IMG/VR virus record: IMGVR_UViG_3300015360_000023
Coordinates: 1-64,000 of that record
DNA: 64,000 nucleotides
Strand: one strand, 5' to 3'
DNA from: a virus
Taxonomy: Duplodnaviria > Caudoviricetes
Below, one piece after another: positions 30,442 to 38,887 of this stretch. The notes below the pieces were generated by a model. The model was not told where the DNA came from. It made no database searches and saw only the letters and a list, made by a program, of their open reading frames with translations. How positions within the stretch are numbered: the first letter of the stretch is position 1; each line of letters begins with the position of its first letter. Both the position numbers and the translations under genes were made by a program.

Positions 30442-31893
30442 ATGAGTTTCATTTACGATGATGACAAATTAGTTCTTGATTTACTTAAGAGCGCCGTTGA
30501 ATTTGAATTAAAATTCAACAAGCGGGGCCAAGTTGCGCCTAATGCAAAAATCAATGCTGAATATCAAAACTATCTTAATCTATCAACTAAGTTAGTAGAA
30601 CAACTTAAAACTCAATATTTCCCACAGGAAAAAGATCCTAATGCCATTAAATCTGATGGCCAGACGGGACCTGTTGTTGCGGATATGAATACCCTTGGAA
30701 ATTTCTTTGACTATATTCTTAAAAATAATATCACTGTTGGTAATCAAAAAATTGTTTACGCAGAGGGAGAGAATCCCCCAAATAGAAACTGGTTACCAGT
30801 AGATGCTGAACAATCAAAATTACTTGTAGAAACTGTCGATCAAGAAGGCAATAGAAAAGCTTTGGTCGGAGCCTATCACGTAAACAAAGATTTGTTATCT
30901 AAGTATTTAGTTAAACTATCAGCTCAACTTAATCAAGAAAAAGACGAAGAGACTAAGAGATTTATGAGATCTATGTTAGCAGGTATTATGGAAAAAGTTA
31001 ATGCTGTTTTCCGTACTAAATTAACTCCAGATCATAAAGAAGTAGAAGAAGAGTTAAAAGATAATGTTGTCCTAGATAATGTCCCTAACCCGATCGTTTC
31101 TGGCGGAGCCGATCCTGCTAACCCTCTTCTTGTTAAAGATGTTAAATCTGTTCAGACATTAAATGCATGGATAGAAGACCATAAAATGACCCTTAAAGAT
31201 GCTAAGGGCCAAGTAATTAGTTATACTCAAAACTACGATAGATGCGCTTTCATCAATGCTCTTTATACTAGGGCTAGTACTATGTCTGACTCTGCTCGTC
31301 CAGAAACTCAGAAGGCAAAAGCATATTATGTAAAAATGATGACCCAAATTGCATCTCAAGCAAATTGTGCGCTTAAGGGCGGCGGAGCCAATCCAAATCA
31401 GACTGCTCAGCCTCAGAAGATTAGTGCTCAAGTTATGGCTCGTATTTTCTCAACGCTACCATTTATGGATGGCGCCATCGACTTTACCAGAATCACTACT
31501 TTCTTAAGTCTTGTTGAACCATTAATTCCTGCTACTTCAGGATCTTCTACTGAGGTTAAGGGCGGAATTACAGAGTTTAAAACCTTCCTAAAGCAACCTA
31601 ATGTAAATCAAGTTTCAATCAAAGTTAACACTGGACAGTTTGCACGTTTGTTAATAGAGCCAAATTCTGGTGGAAAAGTATTTGGAGCAATTGAAGCTTT
31701 AAATCAAGTAATTGATAATACTCGTTCTGTTCTTGATCAATTCAGCTCTGCCTATAAATCAAATTTCGGAGAAAATGAATTAAGACTTTTGGGAGATCAG
31801 ATTGGTGAATCACAAACTGATGACTCAATTTATAGAGAAAATGCAAACAACCTAGCTAATATAAAGGGCGCTGCCGTATCGAGGCCAATCTAA
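30442..31893 (+). CDS. Putative internal head/ejection protein
   Basis: Start reassigned to ATG 30442 (AAGGT). N-terminal LLKSAVEFELKFNKRGQ. Confidence 0.7.
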   Translation: MSFIYDDDKLVLDLLKSAVEFELKFNKRGQVAPNAKINAEYQNYLNLSTKLVEQLKTQYFPQEKDPNAIKSDGQTGPVVADMNTLGNFFDYILKNNITVGNQKIVYAEGENPPNRNWLPVDAEQSKLLVETVDQEGNRKALVGAYHVNKDLLSKYLVKLSAQLNQEKDEETKRFMRSMLAGIMEKVNAVFRTKLTPDHKEVEEELKDNVVLDNVPNPIVSGGADPANPLLVKDVKSVQTLNAWIEDHKMTLKDAKGQVISYTQNYDRCAFINALYTRASTMSDSARPETQKAKAYYVKMMTQIASQANCALKGGGANPNQTAQPQKISAQVMARIFSTLPFMDGAIDFTRITTFLSLVEPLIPATSGSSTEVKGGITEFKTFLKQPNVNQVSIKVNTGQFARLLIEPNSGGKVFGAIEALNQVIDNTRSVLDQFSSAYKSNFGENELRLLGDQIGESQTDDSIYRENANNLANIKGAAVSRPI

Positions 31894-32978
31894 TGAGATC
31901 TACCAGTAGAGAAATCAGTTTTTATGTTGATACCATGATAGTTGAAACACTATTAACGGATTCTCATTTGGTAAAATCTGCTCAAGCAGGCGGCTTCATT
32001 TCAGGATTAATTGGTAAAGTTAAAGACTATTTCGGTGCACATTTTAACTCTGAAAATAAGGCTGGAAGTGTTATTAACATGTTGGCACCTGGAGTTATCT
32101 CAATTGGTTTGGGTGCTATGGGATTACCTTGGCTTGGTGCTATGTTGGCTTTTGCTGCAAGTATTTTTAATATCAATGTCAGCGAGATAATAGAAAGCAT
32201 TTGGAATGGAATCAAAGGTATTGTTAGTTCTGGTAAGCAAACAAGTTCAGAACACATAGATAGTTTAGTTGATTCTTCAATTTCTTCTAACATTAAACCA
32301 GCTACTCAAGATGAAGCTGATAAAGCAAAAACCTCTTTAGAAAGTAGAAACTCTGCTCAACTATTAAGAGATGCCAAATTGCTTAAAATGGCAATGATTG
32401 CTTATGAAGAGTCTCCTGAAAATTTTGTTAAACAGGCAGGTCTTCTTGATTGGTTTTCTGGTAAGAAAGCCGGTGTAGGAAGTTTACTTGGCATAGTTCT
32501 AAAATGGGTCTTTAAGATTGTCTTAGCTTCTGCTGGTTTCATGGTTGCCGGAGATATTGTTAACAAAGTTTTAGATCGACCAAATGCATTAGATGGAACT
32601 TTGAAAGACGGCAAGCCAACAACCGAAACTTCTGTTGCCATGCCTGTTAATATTTCTAAGCAAACTAGATTTAAAGTCAACCCTGGCGCTCAAGATATTT
32701 CTCATAAGGGAAGCAGTTGGATTGAAAATGTCCAGAACTCTGAAGGCGGCATTTCCAATATGCTTATGAGCTGGGCCAAAGAAATTTATCAAGGATTAAA
32801 TGGTTTAGACTCCATTATCCAAAATACGGCAGGTTTTCAAGCCGCTGTTGAAGCCATCTCTTGGCAGAACCATTCCTCTGCTGGCGGACCTATAGTTTAT
32901 ATTCCGCCTATGTTCACTTCTAAGAAGATGGTCGTCGACCATTTCATCGATGAAGTGGCCGAAAAAGCTCCTAAGTAA
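31893..32978 (+). CDS. Putative membrane-inserting ejection protein
   Basis: Hydrophobic segments GVISIGLGAMGLPWLGAMLAFAASIF and VGSLLGIVLKWVFKIVLASAGFMVAG lie downstream of LVKSAQ and FVKQAG. Confidence 0.6.
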   Translation: MRSTSREISFYVDTMIVETLLTDSHLVKSAQAGGFISGLIGKVKDYFGAHFNSENKAGSVINMLAPGVISIGLGAMGLPWLGAMLAFAASIFNINVSEIIESIWNGIKGIVSSGKQTSSEHIDSLVDSSISSNIKPATQDEADKAKTSLESRNSAQLLRDAKLLKMAMIAYEESPENFVKQAGLLDWFSGKKAGVGSLLGIVLKWVFKIVLASAGFMVAGDIVNKVLDRPNALDGTLKDGKPTTETSVAMPVNISKQTRFKVNPGAQDISHKGSSWIENVQNSEGGISNMLMSWAKEIYQGLNGLDSIIQNTAGFQAAVEAISWQNHSSAGGPIVYIPPMFTSKKMVVDHFIDEVAEKAPK

Positions 32979-32980
32979 GG

Positions 32981-32994
32981 CATAGGAATGCATA
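32981..32994 (+). promoter_or_regulatory. ATA-N7-ATA motif
   Basis: CATA-ggaatgc-ATA upstream of 33023. Confidence 0.5.
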
Positions 32995-33022
32995 ATATTA
33001 CCAACTTTAATAGCGAGAAAAT

Positions 33023-34270
33023 ATGAAAAGATCTGAAATATTCGATTCTTTTGTCAAAATAGCCCAAGAAAAGGGAATGATCTCTAATGACTCTAGCGAG
33101 GCAAAGAAGAAGATCGAGCAAACTGGTAGAGCCGGTTCTGATGATATTTCTACTATTGAAGCTTTGTATGGTGTTAAACCTGATTCTGCCAAAGGCATGG
33201 ATTATAAGAATAACATTATGGAAGCAGCTCACCCTAATTCTGTTGTCGTCTCCCCATCTTACGATAAGTTAAATGGTTTAGTTGAGAACAACATTGAGCG
33301 TCAAAACATTTTATTGAACATCGTTAACAAACCAGTTAACGGATTATCTACTCAACACAAGTATGCTGAGACTCAGCTTCTATTAACTCTTGTCAGAATT
33401 GGCGATGAGCTTGATAAAAGAGATGAAAACGAATTACGTGCCCTTTCTGATGTATGCCTTGAGCAAACCAGTAAGAAATCTTTTACCAAGACTGCCCAGG
33501 ATCCAGTTACTTTAACGATCGCGGGTATTGCGGCTATTTTAGGTGGCGTTTATTTAAAGAATCACATGAGATTCATTAGTGATGGACTAGAATTAGATCA
33601 CGCTAAATTGACTGGTGAAATTGATGATATGCTTAATTCCAATTCAGATTGGGGCGTTGGATATCAATATAAGCAAGAATTCACCCAAACTATGCAACAA
33701 TTTAGAATGAAGCTAGATACTTTCTATAAAGTATATCAATCAGTTGTTCCAGTTATCAATGACATTGAAAAGCCAAGAGATAAGGCAGAACTTATTGCTA
33801 AATCTAAAGAACCAGATACTCAAACAGTTCAAAGGGCTATTGCCGCTTTTAGAACTGCGGCCGATAATTTAATTCCTGAAATCCAATCAATCATTAAGAA
33901 TTTTTCTAATGAAGGATTTAAGCAAAGACAAATTCAAGAAAAAGGTTTCTTATCAAACTTAGTTGACAGCACTCAAATTTTACATGGTGGCAAAGGATTA
34001 GTTGGTGATGACTTTGATGACGTCCGCCACGCTTTAGAAACATATCTATTAGATATGGGTAATCTAAAGAAGACCTTAGGTGATGTTGGCAGTGTTCAAC
34101 AAAAGATTACTAGTGATTTACAGGCTGCATCAGCTAAGAGTTCAGAACTATTTGGTGGTCCAGAAGCTGTTCTAAATCAAAAGAAGCCAGAAGAAGATCA
34201 AAGAACTGCTCTTCAAAAGGCAGAAGAAGAAGCCGTTAAACTAACTAAAAGTTTAGGATTTGGAAGTTAA
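33023..34270 (+). CDS. Putative ejection protein with one TM segment, paralogue of 28016
   Basis: FVKIAQ, QHKYAE and FTKTAQ, the last followed at once by VTLTIAGIAAILGGVYL. Confidence 0.65.
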   Translation: MKRSEIFDSFVKIAQEKGMISNDSSEAKKKIEQTGRAGSDDISTIEALYGVKPDSAKGMDYKNNIMEAAHPNSVVVSPSYDKLNGLVENNIERQNILLNIVNKPVNGLSTQHKYAETQLLLTLVRIGDELDKRDENELRALSDVCLEQTSKKSFTKTAQDPVTLTIAGIAAILGGVYLKNHMRFISDGLELDHAKLTGEIDDMLNSNSDWGVGYQYKQEFTQTMQQFRMKLDTFYKVYQSVVPVINDIEKPRDKAELIAKSKEPDTQTVQRAIAAFRTAADNLIPEIQSIIKNFSNEGFKQRQIQEKGFLSNLVDSTQILHGGKGLVGDDFDDVRHALETYLLDMGNLKKTLGDVGSVQQKITSDLQAASAKSSELFGGPEAVLNQKKPEEDQRTALQKAEEEAVKLTKSLGFGS

Positions 34271-34417
34271 TCTGGGCATAATGTTTTATTTAAGTAATAT
34301 AAGCGTCTTTTCTATCTGAAAACAGGTAATAAAAGAATATGCTCTATAAGATTTTGTAAGTTAAAGGTGTAAGTAACCATTGTCGCGGGTTTGATAGCGA
34401 TACATTAGGAATATAAA

Positions 34418-35101
34418 ATGTCTCTAAAACTACTACAACCAGGTACCCAACCATTGGGTCAATATGACGGTCTTGACTCTGAAGTTCTTACTCTAAAGGG
34501 TGGAGAAGTTGTTACTTTAGTTAACAGTGCTCTATCTGCAAATGATAAGGCTGCTAAGGATTCTTTCGACGGTTACTCTAACCCAAGCGGTCTTCCAGGT
34601 CGTCCAGTTGTCACTAAGACTCTTAGCGCAACTTCTCGTCCATTGTTCTTGGCTGATGAAGGTATCACTGGATACGGCACTCTATTCGGCTCTGTAGTCG
34701 GTGGAACTGTTGGTCAAGTTGTTACTGGCGGTGCGGTCCTTGGACCTCACACTGCAACCGGCTCTGGCAAGGTAACTTGCTGGGATAAACCAGGTCTTTA
34801 CGCAGTCTCCCTTGATGCATGCGATACAAACGCAAGCACGGGTCTTCAACCAACTCATGCAACTCTAACCACGGGTATGCCACTTTACTTCACCTCTGCT
34901 GGTCTATTGACTCCAACCATTGCTTCCTCTCCAGGTGGCGCAGGTCCAGTCGTAGCTCGCTTCGTCGACTTCGAGACCTCCGGTTCTCTAGTTACTACTC
35001 AATCCAGCATGGTCGCTGCCCTAAACAGCCCATCCGGTCAAGCAGCAACTACTAGAAGCTTTGCATTCGCAACCTTCTATTTCGCACCACCAGTTGCCTA
35101 A
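34418..35101 (+). CDS. Capsid decoration/cement protein
   Basis: Immediately upstream of the MCP, small and G/T/S-rich, with the C-ending codon bias of highly expressed genes. Function is positional inference. Confidence 0.65.
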   Translation: MSLKLLQPGTQPLGQYDGLDSEVLTLKGGEVVTLVNSALSANDKAAKDSFDGYSNPSGLPGRPVVTKTLSATSRPLFLADEGITGYGTLFGSVVGGTVGQVVTGGAVLGPHTATGSGKVTCWDKPGLYAVSLDACDTNASTGLQPTHATLTTGMPLYFTSAGLLTPTIASSPGGAGPVVARFVDFETSGSLVTTQSSMVAALNSPSGQAATTRSFAFATFYFAPPVA

Positions 35102-35117
35102 GTAACTGAATAATTCA

Positions 35118-35167
35118 AGCGTTTCTTGGATTGAGTTTCAAGAAACGCTCTATCACACGCGAGTGTG
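35118..35167 (+). promoter_or_regulatory. Structured MCP 5' leader: 11-bp perfect stem plus GNRA hairpin
   Basis: agcgtttcttg (35118-28) / caagaaacgct (35139-49), then cacac-GCGA-gtgtg (35154-67). Confidence 0.6.
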
Positions 35168-35208
35168 TCGCTGGTAAGACTGGCAAAAATTCCACTAGGA
35201 GATTATTT

Positions 35209-36222
35209 ATGAATATGTTTTCCAACAAAGGCGAAATGAACGCCTCATCCCTTAAGGATGCTCTACAAACCTTAGTTAAGTATGCAGCCGTTCTTGAAGA
35301 GAACACTCCATCTAACATGGGTCTTGCAGGTCAAGCTTCTTTGAGTGACGACAAGCGCGATGAGCTTATCTCCCGCGCAATTATGACTCAAGACGGCAAG
35401 ATTGCTCTAGCTCAGGCTATGGCAAACCCAATCCGTAGAAACTTGGACTACCATGGTATTGCTCGTAGAGCACTTGTAGTCGATCCATTGCCACAGGGTG
35501 CAATGCCAACTTACGATAGAGATATCGACGTTGCCGCAGTTGTTATCTCCAGCAACGGTACTGGCCCAGAGTCCAGAGTATTCGGCGACAGAGTTGTCGT
35601 TCCAGAATTCGAAATCTACGCAAACCCAACTGTTAGAATCGCAGAAGTCAAGCGTCGTAGATTCAACGTTATTGACAGAGCAGTTCAAAAGGCTCGTCAA
35701 GAAATCATGGCACAAGAAGATGCAAACATCTTCGCAGCTTTGGATGCAGCATCCTCAGTTGAAAACACCCTAACCGACATTGCTGATGCAGGCCTTCTAA
35801 AGAGAGACCTTGTCGAAATCAAGCAACAGATCGACCGTTGGGACCTTGTTACTACCAAGTACTTCATGAACATCAATGAGTTCACCGATATCCTTAAGTG
35901 GGGATCTGGTGGCGGTCAAGGTGTTGGTGGTGGTGACTTCGATCCAGTAACTATGAGAGAAGTTCTACAAACTGGTCTTTACGCTCACATCTGGGGTACT
36001 GACATTATGGTATCTAAGATCGTTCCACCAGGAACCATCTACGGTGCAGCAGACCCAGAGTTCGTTGGTGTTATGCCAATTAGACAAGACATTGAAGTTC
36101 TACCAGCAGACGAGCCAAAGCAATTGAAGCTTGGATGGGTAGTTTCTGAAATCATCGGTATCGCTATCGTTAACCCACGTGGTTGCGCAGCCGGCCGTAA
36201 GTCAGTTGTCGTCGGAGCCTAA
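35209..36222 (+). CDS. Major capsid protein (HK97 fold)
   Basis: AGGAG SD before ATG 35209 gives about 337 aa. PEFEIYANPTV, IMAQEDANIFAAL and IGIAIVNPRG motifs. Strong expression codon bias, a terminator downstream and head-module context. Confidence 0.88.
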   Translation: MNMFSNKGEMNASSLKDALQTLVKYAAVLEENTPSNMGLAGQASLSDDKRDELISRAIMTQDGKIALAQAMANPIRRNLDYHGIARRALVVDPLPQGAMPTYDRDIDVAAVVISSNGTGPESRVFGDRVVVPEFEIYANPTVRIAEVKRRRFNVIDRAVQKARQEIMAQEDANIFAALDAASSVENTLTDIADAGLLKRDLVEIKQQIDRWDLVTTKYFMNINEFTDILKWGSGGGQGVGGGDFDPVTMREVLQTGLYAHIWGTDIMVSKIVPPGTIYGAADPEFVGVMPIRQDIEVLPADEPKQLKLGWVVSEIIGIAIVNPRGCAAGRKSVVVGA

Positions 36223-36244
36223 TAAGCCTGATTGAATAAGTTCA

Positions 36245-36285
36245 AAACGCCTTCAAGCGAAAGCTTGAGGGCGTTTCTATTTGTG
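36245..36285 (+). terminator. Rho-independent terminator after the MCP
   Basis: aaacgccttcaagc-GAAA-gcttgagggcgttt followed by ctatttgtg. Confidence 0.85.
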
Positions 36286-36288
36286 GTC

Positions 36289-36302
36289 AATAACTAAGCA
36301 TA
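36289..36302 (+). promoter_or_regulatory. ATA-N7-ATA motif
   Basis: AATA-actaagc-ATA, 6 nt before ATG 36309. Confidence 0.55.
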
Positions 36303-36308
36303 ATCATT

Positions 36309-36845
36309 ATGAGCATTACTTTTGATTCTGATATCGAACGCGACATGGAAACAAAGACCGAGCCCTGTATGTGCGCTCAAATGGCCGAGCATTGGTCCGA
36401 TTTTTATGAAGGTCGAGATACTCCTGCCATCCGCGATAACCTCAAACAAGAAGCTAACCCAGGCTGCTTTCATTGTAAAGGGTCTGGTATTGAAAAAGTT
36501 GAACATGAAATTAATGCTCCAACACTTAATCTATCTAATATGAATGCTGCTGTTCTTTTTGATATTCTAGGTATCAATGGTGAGAAACATGAATTAACTA
36601 TTCCAGAAGCTCGCCGTGCTATTATTAGATCACAAGCTCGCGGTTCTTTAGAACAATTTGTTCGTCCAGAAAGAACAGAATACGGAAAACCAAGAGAAAT
36701 TTCTCCTGGAGTTGTAGATTTAAAACCGTTACGCCTCTTCGAGAGGGGCTTAACCAAAGAACAAATTCAGGCTTACATAGTAAGGTTTGCTGATTTTGTT
36801 AGTCAAGTAACTCGAAGAGGCGCTACGAGGATTTTCTGGGGCTAA
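36309..36845 (+). CDS. Hypothetical protein with Cys pairs (CxC...CxxC)
   Basis: 178 aa with CMC and CFHCKGSG. Its stop overlaps the convergent CCA gene stop. Confidence 0.65.
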   Translation: MSITFDSDIERDMETKTEPCMCAQMAEHWSDFYEGRDTPAIRDNLKQEANPGCFHCKGSGIEKVEHEINAPTLNLSNMNAAVLFDILGINGEKHELTIPEARRAIIRSQARGSLEQFVRPERTEYGKPREISPGVVDLKPLRLFERGLTKEQIQAYIVRFADFVSQVTRRGATRIFWG

Positions 36846-38074
36846 ATTGAAGTCGCGTAATCCAGTAGGAAACTGGAAGTATTGTTCTCTGGATGTCGCA
36901 AAACTTCCAAATAACATTCCTCCAAAATTCTCTTGATCTCGGGACCTGGCTTGACGCCAATTAGCATCAAATCATTCCCATTTAGCCGCAATTCTCTACG
37001 GGCCAAGACCGTAACTGATTGGTACTTCGTAAAGAGCGCCCTAGATTGGTATCCCTCAGCCTCAGTCAATTGTAGAAATTGTTCCAAGGTGGATTCCCAA
37101 GCTTCGGGGCTATGGTTCTTGACGACCGCCATAAAGCTCTTATACGCAGATTCCGTATCCTTCTCTCGAAAAGCATGATACCGCTCATGCAATTGCAAAA
37201 GAAATACTACTTTCTTAATTTCTCTATTGGAGAACTTGAGGTTGGTTAGTTCCAATTCTGCAATTGAGGAAGGATAGTTGCTGTACATGAAGGCTAGACG
37301 AGTTTCCAGTTCACCTGTAGCTCTATCTTGCCCTGCACGGAATAGCCCATCACTTGAAAGTAGAGGGCAAGTAATGTAAATTGCTCCGCATTCCTTCAAT
37401 AGGTCAAGACCTACCTTGGCATAGGGCGCCATCAGCGTCTTGCAGAGTTCGTCTGCAACTCGTTCCTTTGATACCTTTTCCAAGGTATTAATAGATTCAC
37501 ACATTCCTTCAAACGTTGCTTGTTCTACATCATAGCCAAATCTAGCCGCAAAACGGCAAACTCGCATGATGCGCAATCCGTCTTCTTGGAAGCGTGCTTG
37601 AGCAGATCCAACGGCCCTTAAAACTCCTGCTTCTAGGTCTCGCATACCTCCATAAGGGTCGGCAATTCTATCAGCAATTGGGTCATAAGCAATAGCATTG
37701 ATCGTCAAGTCTCGGCGGGCCAAGTCTTGCTCTACATTCAGAACAAAGAAGACTTCATCGGGCCTTCGGCCGTCAGCATAAGCCCCCTCAATTCGGAAGG
37801 TAGTAACTTCAAAATGGTTTTCAACACCTTCACCTAGAACCACCGTTACCGTACCATGTTGTAGGCCGGTTGGAAGGGTCTTGGGAAACAGCGCCATCAC
37901 CTTTTGAGGAGTGGCATCTGTCGTAATATCCCAGTCCTTTGGAGTCTGCCCGAGAAGCATATCTCGAACGCATCCACCTACGATGTAGGCTTGGTAGCCC
38001 TCAGCGCTAAGAACGCGGCAAACTTCCAGAGCCCCTGGGTTTACGTGCTGTTGTGAAATATTCGTGTTTTCCAT
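36842..38074 (-). CDS. cca: CCA tRNA nucleotidyltransferase (class II, no HD domain)
   Basis: IVGGCVRD...KDWDITTDA, flexible loop TTFRIEGAYADGRRP, ARRDLTINA and canonical EDGLR. Start taken at the second ATG (38074). Confidence 0.9.
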   Translation of the reverse strand: MENTNISQQHVNPGALEVCRVLSAEGYQAYIVGGCVRDMLLGQTPKDWDITTDATPQKVMALFPKTLPTGLQHGTVTVVLGEGVENHFEVTTFRIEGAYADGRRPDEVFFVLNVEQDLARRDLTINAIAYDPIADRIADPYGGMRDLEAGVLRAVGSAQARFQEDGLRIMRVCRFAARFGYDVEQATFEGMCESINTLEKVSKERVADELCKTLMAPYAKVGLDLLKECGAIYITCPLLSSDGLFRAGQDRATGELETRLAFMYSNYPSSIAELELTNLKFSNREIKKVVFLLQLHERYHAFREKDTESAYKSFMAVVKNHSPEAWESTLEQFLQLTEAEGYQSRALFTKYQSVTVLARRELRLNGNDLMLIGVKPGPEIKRILEECYLEVLRHPENNTSSFLLDYATSI

Positions 38075-38081
38075 AGCGCGC

Positions 38082-38109
38082 ATGATAAATCCTAAAAAAA
38101 TGATGTCAA
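38082..38109 (-). promoter_or_regulatory. Sigma70-type promoter for cca
   Basis: Minus strand reads TTGACA (38109-38104), a 16-nt spacer, then TATCAT (38087-38082). ATG begins at 38074. Confidence 0.65.
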
Positions 38110-38140
38110 CGGGGTCGTGATAATTATCCCGGCAGGTTGC

Positions 38141-38154
38141 AATAATCAGGTATA
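38141..38154 (+). promoter_or_regulatory. ATA-N7-ATA motif
   Basis: AATA-atcaggt-ATA upstream of 38183. Confidence 0.55.
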
Positions 38155-38182
38155 TTATTGATCCTATACTGGAAAGAGATGC

Positions 38183-38887
38183 ATGAAACTAGATAACTTT
38201 ACAGAATTGTACGAGCTTGTTAGTAGTGGAATAGAACATATTCCAGCTAGAAAACAAGCTATGCGTCTAAGAAAAGCAGGCCTAGAGTCTTTTGCTTCTG
38301 AGACAGGTTTCAAGAAATTAGCTTTCGATACTAGAAGAATTGATCAAGAAACTGAATATAATCCTCGTAGAGGTCTTCAGAACTATAGCCGTAGTGAAGC
38401 TTTTATTACTGAAGCTGTTAGTCAGAAGCTAGCAAATCTTTCTAAACTGCGCAATGTCTTAGAGGGACTACGCCACGATTTTGGTAAACAACATCAATGG
38501 CAGGACAGTAATGCGCGTGTTCTACTATCAACTCTTGATAAAGGTTTAAGAACTGGTATTGATGATGGTGATTATGCTACATCTCAACCGGCTCAAGGTA
38601 GCCTTAACTACATTGAAGAACTTCTTCATGTTAGATATAGGTTGGGGTTTGATGATCTTGTTAGATTGGGTGAAAATGATTTAAGAAGAGTTATTTTATC
38701 TAAGGACGAAGAGTTAACTGAGAGGGATGCGCATAAGACAACTATTACTAAAAGTGATGTTGCTTCTCAGACTTATGATACACTAATGGAAAAATTATTT
38801 GGTGGTGTTCGTGCAACCGCTGATAATCCAGAGGTTGAAAGAACAGTTACTATTACTATCAAAGACAAATTTGTTGCGGAGAAATAA
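38183..38887 (+). CDS. Hypothetical protein, possibly head-associated
   Basis: 234 aa. Contains FKKLAF. Confidence 0.7.
   Translation: MKLDNFTELYELVSSGIEHIPARKQAMRLRKAGLESFASETGFKKLAFDTRRIDQETEYNPRRGLQNYSRSEAFITEAVSQKLANLSKLRNVLEGLRHDFGKQHQWQDSNARVLLSTLDKGLRTGIDDGDYATSQPAQGSLNYIEELLHVRYRLGFDDLVRLGENDLRRVILSKDEELTERDAHKTTITKSDVASQTYDTLMEKLFGGVRATADNPEVERTVTITIKDKFVAEK

Noticed and set aside
11437-36222. Intein or group I intron in terL, portal or MCP
   Set aside because: These ORFs are continuous with plausible lengths and show no intein C1/HN signatures. The endonucleases lie between genes.
35209-36222. Encapsulin nanocompartment rather than a phage capsid
   Set aside because: The HK97 fold is shared, but the terminase, portal, protease/scaffold and fibre genes nearby show a virion module.
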